Positions 47,350 through 57,030 of a DNA stretch of 64,000 bases are shown piece by piece. Within the stretch, counting starts at the first letter, position 1. Each line of letters begins with the position of its first letter. Source of the stretch: an uncultured virus (IMG/VR IMGVR_UViG_3300044639_001309) (taxonomy: Duplodnaviria; Heunggongvirae; Uroviricota; Caudoviricetes); the IMG/VR virus record IMGVR_UViG_3300044639_001309, positions 1 through 64,000 of that record. One strand, 5' to 3'. A program made the position numbers and the translations under genes. A model generated the notes under the pieces. It saw only the letters and a program-made list of their open reading frames with translations. It was not told the DNA's origin and made no database searches.

Positions 47350-48485
47350 TTTTTATTTGGAAAGAAGTCTTGCATTACCCCTTCTCTGTGTAGATCAAGT
47401 GTCACGCAATGGATGCCACCGTCCCAGAAGTATCTGTGTCTGAAATTGATAACATGTGGAGTGATTCCATACCTACTTAGTGCTTCAAACACTCGGTCAT
47501 TGTAGTTAAACACAATTACGTTCTTTGGGTCAATGATCAGCATGTTGACATCAAATACTGTTTCCTCAACATACCCAGTCCAATGACCAAGCCAAGTTTC
47601 TACAACATCAATTACATTCTGATCGTATTCGAATCCAGGTATCCACCATTTACCGTTGTTTTTGGCTTTTAAATCCTTGAATGGTTTAATGTGATCCCAA
47701 CTCTGTCCAGGGAGATAAACAACTTCCCAGCCTGGAAAAGTTTCTGCATAAGTTGGTACATCTTTTAAACTGATAATTAGTCCAGGAGTAACCGGACAGT
47801 AAACAGCATCGCCGTGACCACCAGTGTTGATAATATGTGTGCGATTATTTGGAAATTCTTGTGTTACTACTTGTTTGATTTTATTCTGGTCGTCAGTGTA
47901 CGACTCTGTGGCAAAGTATAAATCTTTGCCGATACGTGATGTCATCATCCCTTGCACACAGGGATGAGGACTAGTCTTTATTATATTGCCCTGTGATTGA
48001 ATACGATCAAATATTTTTTTATAAGGGTAGTGATGACGGAACACTTCTTCTTTACTTGCATCAAGCCAATTATGCACATCCAAGCATTCCTGCTGTACAT
48101 GACTTGGTAGATCAGTGATGTCTACAGAATTTCTTGGCCAACTTGGATCTTTAATTGTTTTGTAAAATTCTTCCCATTGGTTGGTTGGTCTATAAAACGT
48201 TTCTCCAATCATAACCATAATATCTCTAGGTTGAAGGGGAGGAGGTGTAAAAGGAGTTCTTGTTTGATTAAACCACTCTGCAGGAATTTCTGGTCTTAAT
48301 ACTTCAACACCAAAGGTTTCTAATACTGTTGCAATTTTTTGCAGGTCTTCTTCTGTTTCAATAGCAATACGCTCAAACAGTCTACGCACATGCGGAACTT
48401 TGATCCAGTTATAGAATTCAGGTGGATAGCTACGACCTACTACACAAACTTTTAACGGATCCCAGTGTTGGTACACACTATACAT
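47346..48485 (-). CDS. amidinotransferase-family protein (paralogue 2)
   Basis: YSVYQHWDPLK, QPRD, GHGD and FWDGGIHCVTLDL; close to 5178..6263. Confidence 0.85.
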   Translation of the reverse strand: MYSVYQHWDPLKVCVVGRSYPPEFYNWIKVPHVRRLFERIAIETEEDLQKIATVLETFGVEVLRPEIPAEWFNQTRTPFTPPPLQPRDIMVMIGETFYRPTNQWEEFYKTIKDPSWPRNSVDITDLPSHVQQECLDVHNWLDASKEEVFRHHYPYKKIFDRIQSQGNIIKTSPHPCVQGMMTSRIGKDLYFATESYTDDQNKIKQVVTQEFPNNRTHIINTGGHGDAVYCPVTPGLIISLKDVPTYAETFPGWEVVYLPGQSWDHIKPFKDLKAKNNGKWWIPGFEYDQNVIDVVETWLGHWTGYVEETVFDVNMLIIDPKNVIVFNYNDRVFEALSRYGITPHVINFRHRYFWDGGIHCVTLDLHREGVMQDFFPNKK

Positions 48486-49497
48486 TTACATGTCTTTCAT
48501 AAACTTGTTCACTAGCCAGGTTCTTGCCCTTGGCCTCGCATTGGATATCAAAGTTGTCAGCAAAGGTCAAGGCCCAGTCAGTCACAGCGTGATTCCAATA
48601 GAAGTCACTGTGTGCCCGGAGTTTCTGTTTTTTATAACCTCTAGCAAGAAGTTCAGCAAGATCGGGTCTAGTTCCTCGGTCATGGTCAACCAAAAGGTCC
48701 TCGCGACTAACACTATAATGAAGTGCAGGACGAGTGCCGCGCCAAGAGTCAATAACCCGCTTGACACGATCGTCCTGCGCGGAGATGTACTCTCCCGAGT
48801 TAATCCAGTGGTGGTGTAGGTCCAATACAAGAGCCACATGCTGAGCCACAGCCAAAGTAGTGTCAAGTCCATTTGTCATCTCATCATTCTCGATAGTAAT
48901 TAAGTTTCTTGCTTCTGGGCTGAGTCTACCTAGAGTACGCAAGAATTTTGCGGCACCACCTTTACCGCTCAAGTGTACGTTGATCTTAAAACCATTGTCG
49001 TGCCAGGTTTTGCCATAGCCCATCCAACGTGCCATATCAGCGTGATATTCAAATTCCAGGATTGAACGTTCTACAATCTCATCTGCTTCACTTGCTAGTA
49101 CGCAAAATTGTCCAGGATGAAAGCTCAAACGCACACCGTATTTACGTGCGGCTTCACCAATTGGGGCAAAGATCTTCTCACAATGATCCTGAATTTCCGG
49201 CCGTTGCCACCACGCAATCCATGAAGGTTCAGTGTAGCCCTGTAGCATTTCGCTACCAAGACGTACCATTCTGCGTTCTGCGGGCAAGGTGGCCACACGT
49301 TCGATCATCTTCACAGCCGCCGAGGCATTGTGATTCATGATATCCCATTGACGTTGCTCTGCTTCGTCCTTGTGTTCGCGGAGCCAGCGCATGGTAGTTG
49401 ATCTGCCGTTTAGGTCCCGGTCCTTTGCGTTGACTTTCATACCGCCACATTCTGTGGGGTCATTAAGCCATTTGCAACAAAATCCAATTCTTCCCAT
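48478..49497 (-). CDS. uvsE: UV damage endonuclease
   Basis: RIGFCC, RLSFHPGQF, TIENDE, VLDLHHH, AHSD and CEAKGKN motifs. Confidence 0.9.
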   Translation of the reverse strand: MGRIGFCCKWLNDPTECGGMKVNAKDRDLNGRSTTMRWLREHKDEAEQRQWDIMNHNASAAVKMIERVATLPAERRMVRLGSEMLQGYTEPSWIAWWQRPEIQDHCEKIFAPIGEAARKYGVRLSFHPGQFCVLASEADEIVERSILEFEYHADMARWMGYGKTWHDNGFKINVHLSGKGGAAKFLRTLGRLSPEARNLITIENDEMTNGLDTTLAVAQHVALVLDLHHHWINSGEYISAQDDRVKRVIDSWRGTRPALHYSVSREDLLVDHDRGTRPDLAELLARGYKKQKLRAHSDFYWNHAVTDWALTFADNFDIQCEAKGKNLASEQVYERHVNV

Positions 49498-49505
49498 AGT
49501 GGCTC

Positions 49506-49697
49506 CTACCAATGATGAACAACGTTGATACAAATAAAGAAACAGGTGATTACATGTATTATAACCCAAAACGTTTTTAAAGTCAATGCAATTCTGGCTT
49601 CACGCAAAGAAAGAATAGGAATATCTGGTCGATCTTCATCTGTCTGCCCCATTAGATGTCCGGTGGCTCTGGCCCAGATACGTTCAAGTGAATTCAA
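49506..49697 (-). CDS. small membrane protein
   Basis: IWARATG...; C-terminal TM segment. Confidence 0.55.
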   Translation of the reverse strand: MNSLERIWARATGHLMGQTDEDRPDIPILSLREARIALTLKTFWVIIHVITCFFICINVVHHW

Positions 49698-49719
49698 AAT
49701 AAAATCCCAGTGAGTTTGT

Positions 49720-50274
49720 TTACACTAGTAATTTTAACACATTTGGCATTATATCGCAAGTGAGATTGGATAATTTTTTAAAAGATTTGTCAACAGAATT
49801 TGGGTGATCAACCAAAACCCACTGTGTGTCTGGGTTAGCTGTAATAATACTTTGAATTAGAGCATAATAATTAAAGTCTTTATGTTCTTGAAATCGGTCC
49901 AGAGCTTTTTCTTTTTTGGATAAATCAAAACCAGCCAATAATACAATGTCCGAAATATTACTAACCAAGTGCAATGCTACGATATCGTCTGGACAGTCTA
50001 CTTCCTGTGTGAACTCGCCTTCGTAGAGTTTGACACCCATTGGTCTCCCTATAGACTGGTAATGATCTTTAGACACATAAAAATTACACACAGCTTGAAA
50101 CGCACGTTGAATTAATTCCTGCGCTTTGGACTTATTGTGACATATAACATTATCAGTAGAGCATCCACGCCAGGTCTTCCAGGAACCCCAGGTTGGGCCT
50201 ATGCTTTTAATAGAATCAAGGTTGACTGTTGGATCAATTTGATAGCCCTCGGCAAACACCCAATTTATTTTCAT
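49720..50274 (-). CDS. hypothetical protein
   Basis: Coupled ORF in the modification operon. Confidence 0.6.
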   Translation of the reverse strand: MKINWVFAEGYQIDPTVNLDSIKSIGPTWGSWKTWRGCSTDNVICHNKSKAQELIQRAFQAVCNFYVSKDHYQSIGRPMGVKLYEGEFTQEVDCPDDIVALHLVSNISDIVLLAGFDLSKKEKALDRFQEHKDFNYYALIQSIITANPDTQWVLVDHPNSVDKSFKKLSNLTCDIMPNVLKLLV

Positions 50275-51548
50275 TCACCAGCCTTTAGTGATTGCCAGCG
50301 GAATGCACCGATACATACCCAAGCAAACGGTGTGTTGGGCTTTGGGTCGCTGTTAAACACAATGTCTCCGCGTGAGCCGCTGTATCCAGGAACTGCAGGT
50401 TCAAATGCAATACGATGTTTGTCAATTCTAATTTTTTTGACAGTGGTTAGGCCTTCGGGATCTATGTCAATACTGGACTGTCTATTAATACCAATTGACA
50501 ATCCTTGTTTTCGGCCTGTTCCGAAATACGCTTGATTTTTAGAAATCTTACCCGACAACAACGATACTTCTTCATCCCAGACACTCAGAGCCATCTCTGG
50601 TTGATCGGTATTGATACCCACACGCTTGTTGGCAACTGCAAGTGTGTCAAAAATTCTGGCCTTCCCCGAAACATCAAGTTCTCTTAGTGTTCCAACTTTT
50701 TGTAAATTTGATTCAATGATAGTTGGGTTGATACCATTGTGTGCAATAAGAGGTTTTCCATTTAGTGTAACTTCACTGAAGTCAATTCCTCCAGCCTTGG
50801 CAATATCCAATACTTGATTAACTAACTGATTTTTCCATTCGTCATTGGATAATTCTAGTGTGAGCGACGCAATTTTTGTAGCAAGTTCATTCCACGAATT
50901 GTTATCCGTATTGATTTGTCCTTTAACAACAAGATTTTGTACTGTTAATGTGTCATCAACAATGGCATTTTTAGAAATAAGATTATTTTCTACTATCACA
51001 GTATCGTCAGTGACAATTAATTCCAATTTGGTTGATTGATCAATAATGCCCGAAGTTTTAAAATTGGTAATTAGTCGATCTTGCCAACGAGTAATACCGT
51101 TATCAATTTCGTTGACTAACATTTTGTTTAGATCTATTCCGCTGATCTTTTGCAAAAGTTTTAGTGACATTTGCTTGTGAATAGTATTTTCAATTTTGTT
51201 TAACCAAGTAGAATCGACTACTAGATTGTCAATTGTGGACTCAACAAAAGTCTGCACAGAGTTATCAACTGCCATTGAGATTTTATTAGCATCTACATAT
51301 AAATCTAATCCAGGCACATGCCCTTGTTCAAATAATTTAGTAACACTATTTTGTACAGTGGATACCAAATCAGGAACTGTTGATATATTACTAAATTTTG
51401 CAGTAATCCTATCCTGTACATGTTTTGTAATTTGTCCTTCAATGGCACTAAGCCATTTGCCGTTATTCATAACGGCAGCAACTTGTTCAGCAACTGCTTT
51501 TGCTATCTGTTGTTCTACTAATTCTGTTACCGATTTGGTGTCAAGCAT
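50271..51548 (-). CDS. hypothetical, probably structural protein
   Basis: Helical N-terminal half; SNLQKVGTL, RVGINT and GDIVFN..P...WVC motifs seen in fibre-like proteins. Confidence 0.55.
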   Translation of the reverse strand: MLDTKSVTELVEQQIAKAVAEQVAAVMNNGKWLSAIEGQITKHVQDRITAKFSNISTVPDLVSTVQNSVTKLFEQGHVPGLDLYVDANKISMAVDNSVQTFVESTIDNLVVDSTWLNKIENTIHKQMSLKLLQKISGIDLNKMLVNEIDNGITRWQDRLITNFKTSGIIDQSTKLELIVTDDTVIVENNLISKNAIVDDTLTVQNLVVKGQINTDNNSWNELATKIASLTLELSNDEWKNQLVNQVLDIAKAGGIDFSEVTLNGKPLIAHNGINPTIIESNLQKVGTLRELDVSGKARIFDTLAVANKRVGINTDQPEMALSVWDEEVSLLSGKISKNQAYFGTGRKQGLSIGINRQSSIDIDPEGLTTVKKIRIDKHRIAFEPAVPGYSGSRGDIVFNSDPKPNTPFAWVCIGAFRWQSLKAGE

Positions 51549-52458
51549 GTTCTCTCCATAAATCTAATGTCACACAGTGAAAACCGCCGCCTAATGTTCT
51601 ACTATGTCGTAATTCTAACGGAACTACTGTAAAACTCTGTTGCTCTAGTATGCGTATCAACTCTGTTTGCTTTTGGTCAACAATCACTGTTGTTGGGTCA
51701 ACCACTAACATATTTAAGGCAATCCACTTACTTGCATACGGGTAATTATAGAAGTCTTGAGCAATAACTTCATCTATATAAATTTTATCCCATTTTTCAA
51801 AAATTTTAGGGCAATTTGCTGAATTAACCCTGCTACCATTTAGCAGTACAAGGCCTTCACGCAATGGTGTAATAGTGGAGTCAATATGCACACCACTATA
51901 AAAATTACAAATTTCAATTTCTACATCAGGAAACTGTTGCTGTAGCCAATCATATGCGGCACGATTGCCAGATGGCGACTCTAAAAATAGCATTTTATCG
52001 TTTAGGCGCAGTAGATTAGCCGCATCTAAAATCATATTTTCATTCCTGGGCATGTGTAGATAATTCGGTGCCAAATCAACAATGTCATGGTAGCATTGTA
52101 ACTCCATGTTCCGACACGGGTACATCATAGCAGGATCTATAATAGTATCTTTGTAAACTAGTAATCTGTCACGTGGGCAATAATTGTACATTCCGTCATG
52201 AGTTTGAAAGTTAAGTGGCTCCGGACGTACAACGTCCACACCCAAACTGATTAGGGTTGTTGCCAACTTATCTAAGTCTTCATTGGCTTCGTCAATAATT
52301 TGTTGGGGTACAGGACCACGTGGAACAGGAGTTTCCTTCCATGAGGTCTTTTCACTTTCCAATTTAAACACAGGATCATACACAGGCCAGTTTGCATCTG
52401 TGGCAGATCCAACTACGCAAGTTTTAAGTTTATCCCATTCGTTTTGGCTATAAATCAT
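51541..52458 (-). CDS. amidinotransferase-family protein (paralogue 3; glycine/inosamine-phosphate amidinotransferase-like)
   Basis: NEWDKLK, YCPRD, LDAAN, HIDST and LGGGFHCVTLDL. Confidence 0.9.
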   Translation of the reverse strand: MIYSQNEWDKLKTCVVGSATDANWPVYDPVFKLESEKTSWKETPVPRGPVPQQIIDEANEDLDKLATTLISLGVDVVRPEPLNFQTHDGMYNYCPRDRLLVYKDTIIDPAMMYPCRNMELQCYHDIVDLAPNYLHMPRNENMILDAANLLRLNDKMLFLESPSGNRAAYDWLQQQFPDVEIEICNFYSGVHIDSTITPLREGLVLLNGSRVNSANCPKIFEKWDKIYIDEVIAQDFYNYPYASKWIALNMLVVDPTTVIVDQKQTELIRILEQQSFTVVPLELRHSRTLGGGFHCVTLDLWREHA

Positions 52459-52973
52459 ATATGTCCAGTAATTTGAAGTGTGTACCGTGGTTCAGGTCCA
52501 ATGTTGGCTGCCATGTGTGGAGTATTATATGTCCATTCAACCACGGTTCCGGCTTGCCAATTAACCACAGGGTTTCCTAACACTTCAAGGTAATGTCCAG
52601 ACTTCCAATCTTCTACTAGAACAATGGCTCGTCTTATGTTGTTCTCTTGGCCTTTTAATTTAAAAATATCAATATACCTAACGTAAAGATCACTGTGTGT
52701 GGGCATTACTGTTCCCGTAGGCATTCTGTAATAAGCGGTACCAATATCTTTCCATCCCTGAGATTCAAATAGATCAATGAACTTCTGATTCCAGGACGGC
52801 AATTGATGTCGCATGTCGCAGAGGTCGCCGGTGATTTTGCTTTGATATCCTTGCGTGATCCAAGAGTTAACACTCACCGGATCATTAAATGGTTCGTTGA
52901 TGTAGTCAAGGCGTTTGTACTCATCATCCCAAAATACATCAATGTTGTACTTACGACTGTCGTGTGTTGCCAT
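52455..52973 (-). CDS. 2OG-Fe(II) oxygenase-like protein
   Basis: PTHSD (HxD)...PHMAAN...RYTLQITG. Confidence 0.75.
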   Translation of the reverse strand: MATHDSRKYNIDVFWDDEYKRLDYINEPFNDPVSVNSWITQGYQSKITGDLCDMRHQLPSWNQKFIDLFESQGWKDIGTAYYRMPTGTVMPTHSDLYVRYIDIFKLKGQENNIRRAIVLVEDWKSGHYLEVLGNPVVNWQAGTVVEWTYNTPHMAANIGPEPRYTLQITGHI

Positions 52974-54189
52974 AGTGGATGATTTTGTAACCGGTCATAT
53001 TAGCCATTTTGCGCCATGGATCTACAATAATACTGCCGGCTTCAATGGGAGTATAGAATGTATCGTCTCGTACATCTCCGGTGTATCCATAGGTAATTTG
53101 TCGATTGTGTGCCATTAATAATACCACAGGGCCTTTGACATATGCAATCACATCATTGCTGTCATCTGCTAATGGATCTAGATATTTAACGGTACGGCCT
53201 GCTTCTTTGATGTAGTGCCCAATTAAAGTGCTGTAGCTACCAATGCAATAAGGAACATCAGGCTTGTATGCTTTGCCATGAATGACAATTGGTAAATTTT
53301 TCTTTTCAGCAATATCAACAAGAAATAGTGCTAGATTTTTTGCCTGGACTTCTCGCGCATGCATGATTGTATCAAACAAGTCATATCCAATGTTGTACTC
53401 TTCAGCCAGCCAGCGCAAGGCAATGTTGTCACGTGGGTGGCATGCTCCTGCATCACCCATACCAGCTGTCATGTACTTGGGCCCCATAATACGCATATTC
53501 GACTGTGCCAGTGCATCAGTTACTACGTCAACATTGATGTTACCAATCTTTAGTGCAAAGTCTTGAATCATGTTGACCAATCCTACCTTGGCGCTGATGA
53601 ATGTATTATAGAAGATTTTGATGGCTTCGCATTCGTCCCAGGTGCCAGTTACATAACGTGGATTGTTTTTCATCAATGGGCGATAGATATCTATTAGATC
53701 TCGCATTTCGCCGGCATCGCCTGTTTCTGTACCAATCATAACCATTTCAGGATTAGCCATATCCCATTTTACACTTCCCATGGCAATCAAATAAGGGTTG
53801 TATAAAAACTGGTGTTTGTTATCTAACAACGTGGCAAAATGTCTACGTGTGGTTCCTGGAAGTACTGTGGAAATTAACACCACTCGTTTTGGCGTAGTAG
53901 CAAATTTGTTTACTTTAACCAATGCATCTTTAACTGCATCATGCCCAAAGTCTTTTGGCTCCATATGACTAGATGGTACACTTCCGTCATATCCTTCAGT
54001 GTGCGGGGTTGGAACAGCAATGAAAATCCAGTCACTTTTGCTGACTACTTCTTCAATGTCACAAACTTTAACCAGCTCGCTTTCTCGTGGGTAAATATCA
54101 TAACCACGTACAGTATATTTTTCAGCAAAGACTTCTGCGCAATCCAAACCTAGTTTGCCTAGGCCAATAAACCCAATATTATTTGACAT
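52951..54189 (-). CDS. UDP-glucose/GDP-mannose dehydrogenase family protein
   Basis: GFIGLGKLG, IAVPTP, STVLPGT, K..YN.F and GACHPRD. Confidence 0.92.
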   Translation of the reverse strand: MSNNIGFIGLGKLGLDCAEVFAEKYTVRGYDIYPRESELVKVCDIEEVVSKSDWIFIAVPTPHTEGYDGSVPSSHMEPKDFGHDAVKDALVKVNKFATTPKRVVLISTVLPGTTRRHFATLLDNKHQFLYNPYLIAMGSVKWDMANPEMVMIGTETGDAGEMRDLIDIYRPLMKNNPRYVTGTWDECEAIKIFYNTFISAKVGLVNMIQDFALKIGNINVDVVTDALAQSNMRIMGPKYMTAGMGDAGACHPRDNIALRWLAEEYNIGYDLFDTIMHAREVQAKNLALFLVDIAEKKNLPIVIHGKAYKPDVPYCIGSYSTLIGHYIKEAGRTVKYLDPLADDSNDVIAYVKGPVVLLMAHNRQITYGYTGDVRDDTFYTPIEAGSIIVDPWRKMANMTGYKIIHYGNTRQS

Positions 54190-55492
54190 GTTAATTCCTA
54201 TTGATAAAATGTATCACTACCTTGAAAGTTGTGTTGATTGTGATGTATTAATTTATCACTTTTATCCACACGGCAGTAAAGAAATCGACGACCTTTCACA
54301 GTTCTCCATTAGAGATCGCTCGTGGTTTGAGTGGAATACCAGTTTGCTTATGGTCATGCACGATCAGGAGCCTTTGAATTTTGACTATTACAATGAGGAT
54401 AATTTAACAAACAGTATGTTACCTTGGTTTAATAAACACGACAAGCTGACTGCAAAAACCATGGAATTGGTGCCCGAAACTAAAGATATTTTAAGTACTC
54501 AAAACTTAAACTTTGTCTGCTACGGTCGTTCAATCTATGATAAAACACTAATTTGTCACAGTGAGCAAAGATCAGAAAATTTAAAAAAGTACCAAGAAAA
54601 TAACATGGTAGGAGTTTATTGGTGGAGTCATGCAATTATTTCTAGAGACTGGTATCGTTATGCTGAACTTGATCCTTCTTTAGTTTACGCAAATACATTT
54701 AACAAAGACTTTAACATTTATAATCGAGCATGGTCTGGTTCTAGAGAATATCGTGTAAAATTTACAGACCTACTTGTTGAAAACAATTTGATTAATAGAT
54801 CAAATATTAAATTTTCTACTACCTGTGATCAACAACATTATCAACAATATCTTTACAAAAACCCAAAATTTATCCCCAACAATGATTTATCAATGTTGCC
54901 TGAGCCAACTGCGGCATCAACTTATAGTGCAGATTATTCTGCGAACGACTACAAAGAATGTTGGTTTGATGTTGTGCTTGAAACACTATTTGATGATCAA
55001 CGACTGCATATCACAGAAAAAACTCTAAGACCAATTGCCTGTGGCAAGCCGTTTATTTTAACAGCCACACACGGAAGCCTTGATTATCTTCGCAGTTATG
55101 GATTCAAAACGTTTGGAGATTACATCGACGAAAGTTATGATTCAATCTCAGACCCGTATCAACGATTAGAAGCAATAATTCAGTTAATGACAAAAATATC
55201 AATGCTATCATTAAGTGAAAAAGAAGAACTTAATAAAAAATTTCTTCCTATAATCAAATACAATCAGCAAAGATTCTTTAGTAAAGAATTCAGTGACCAG
55301 GTAATCAACGAATTTAAAACAAATTATAAATTGGCCAGAGACATTGCTAATCAGCATTGCACTGGGCAAACTTGGAAATTTATTAACCAACTTAACTGTA
55401 CCAATCCCGAAATAAAAGAAAATCTGTTTAGAGAGAATCCCAAAAAATCCAAGGCTGATATTATTAAGTTTTTTAAACTAATTAAAAGCTAA
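54188..55492 (+). CDS. glycosyltransferase-like protein (paralogue of 38279..39349)
   Basis: DVVLETL...ITEKTLRPIACGKPFI...LRSYGFKTF..IDESYD. Confidence 0.55.
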   Translation: MLIPIDKMYHYLESCVDCDVLIYHFYPHGSKEIDDLSQFSIRDRSWFEWNTSLLMVMHDQEPLNFDYYNEDNLTNSMLPWFNKHDKLTAKTMELVPETKDILSTQNLNFVCYGRSIYDKTLICHSEQRSENLKKYQENNMVGVYWWSHAIISRDWYRYAELDPSLVYANTFNKDFNIYNRAWSGSREYRVKFTDLLVENNLINRSNIKFSTTCDQQHYQQYLYKNPKFIPNNDLSMLPEPTAASTYSADYSANDYKECWFDVVLETLFDDQRLHITEKTLRPIACGKPFILTATHGSLDYLRSYGFKTFGDYIDESYDSISDPYQRLEAIIQLMTKISMLSLSEKEELNKKFLPIIKYNQQRFFSKEFSDQVINEFKTNYKLARDIANQHCTGQTWKFINQLNCTNPEIKENLFRENPKKSKADIIKFFKLIKS

Positions 55493-55847
55493 TCTTTTTT
55501 TCAATTACTCCAGCCCAGTGTTCTCCTGGATCTGCTTGTTTGTATTCTTTAATGCGTATAGCAATATCGTCATAAAAACTGTTGAGTTCGCCTCGCCATT
55601 TGCCCATCAAGTGTTCGAGTGCATCTTCGCAGTACTTCCAGTTTTTAAGGCGATAGTTTTTCATCATGTTATTGTGCAATTCTCTAAAACGATCCAACGA
55701 CACATACTCTTCAAGTCCAACTTTTTCTACTAGACAATATGCAGTTATCGGGGTAGTAGCCCCTGAAAACAACAATGTATCTAATTCAAGTACTGTGTAT
55801 TTCTGATCAATTTCTTTGATGTTTTCTTCACCTAAAATTATGTTCAT
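55482..55847 (-). CDS. hypothetical protein (TPR-like C-terminal helix pair)
   Basis: NYRLKNWKYC...W.GV pattern. Confidence 0.55.
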   Translation of the reverse strand: MNIILGEENIKEIDQKYTVLELDTLLFSGATTPITAYCLVEKVGLEEYVSLDRFRELHNNMMKNYRLKNWKYCEDALEHLMGKWRGELNSFYDDIAIRIKEYKQADPGEHWAGVIEKKISF

Positions 55848-55873
55848 GGTTAAAATCCTTTTAAATATGTATC

Positions 55874-56662
55874 ATGCAATTTTCATTTGATCTTATTTCA
55901 GACCTTCATTTAGAAACGTGGCCCGACTTTGATTGGGAAGGCCAAGCCACCAGCCAGTTTTGTATTGTTGCTGGGGATGTTTCAAAAAATTATCAACTAC
56001 TTTCACAGTCCCTCAGTCATCTTAGTGGTTGTTACCAGGGTGTTTTTTATATCGACGGCAATGACGAGCATAAACAAAATCTAAATCAGATTGGGGGCAA
56101 TTACAAAGAAATTCAAGGTATCCTAGATGAGTTTCCAAATGTCATTTATCTTCAAGACAATGCTGTAGTAATTGATGGAGTGGCAATCATTGCAACCAAT
56201 GGTTGGTGGACCTGGGACTTTGACACCAGCATTGATCCGGTTGAAAGCAAACAAGCATTTAGAGACAAGTTCAACTGTGAGTCCTGGGTTCCTGAAGTCA
56301 TCGAAAGTATTGCATTTAATGATGTTGATTATCTATCTTCGTCTGTCAAGAGACTGCAAACTCATAGCGATGTTAAAAAAATTATTGTTGTTACACATAC
56401 AGTACCGTCTAAAGATTTGATTAGCCATGACATTGAATTAGTTGGAACACATAGATACAATACCATGGGCAATAGTTTTATTCAACAAATACTACACGAA
56501 GATTCGGAAAACAAGATTAGCCATTGGTGCTTTGGACATTATCATGGCAGCGTTGATCGTGTGATTGACGGAATACGATATGTTAACAACTGTAGAGGAA
56601 GAGGCGATACACAATGGAAAAAGTCAGTGTATCATCCTCTACGAATTGAAGTTAATTTTTAA
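55874..56662 (+). CDS. metallophosphoesterase
   Basis: SDLHLE, AGD, GNDEH and FGHYH motifs. Confidence 0.85.
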   Translation: MQFSFDLISDLHLETWPDFDWEGQATSQFCIVAGDVSKNYQLLSQSLSHLSGCYQGVFYIDGNDEHKQNLNQIGGNYKEIQGILDEFPNVIYLQDNAVVIDGVAIIATNGWWTWDFDTSIDPVESKQAFRDKFNCESWVPEVIESIAFNDVDYLSSSVKRLQTHSDVKKIIVVTHTVPSKDLISHDIELVGTHRYNTMGNSFIQQILHEDSENKISHWCFGHYHGSVDRVIDGIRYVNNCRGRGDTQWKKSVYHPLRIEVNF

Positions 56663-56961
56663 GCAGTCTCGGGTTCTAATTTAATCTGCAAGGGATACCC
56701 TTCGGTTCTAGCACTAATAGTAATTTCAATTCCCTTTTGCTCAGCAATTTCATATGGCAAAACTGCAACACACGCAGATCCAGCGTCATGAATATCTGTT
56801 GTGATTTTTTCAGCGGTAACTGCGTTATATTCGAAATATTGAATTAAACTTTCAATCACAAATTCCATAGATGTTTGATTGTCGTTGATATAGATAACCT
56901 TAAACATTGGAGGCTCTGCCAGTTTTACGTTTGGTTTAATTCTATTTTTAATGTCGGCCAT
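56659..56961 (-). CDS. clpS: Clp protease N-degron adaptor
   Basis: PPMFKVIYINDNQTSMEFVI...IHDAGSA..YEIAEQK...YPL. Confidence 0.92.
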   Translation of the reverse strand: MADIKNRIKPNVKLAEPPMFKVIYINDNQTSMEFVIESLIQYFEYNAVTAEKITTDIHDAGSACVAVLPYEIAEQKGIEITISARTEGYPLQIKLEPETA

Positions 56962-57030
56962 TGTTATTATCTTCCTTTGCGGATACTGTAGGGCACCGTG
57001 CCCTACAAGTATTTAACATTAACTATTATA

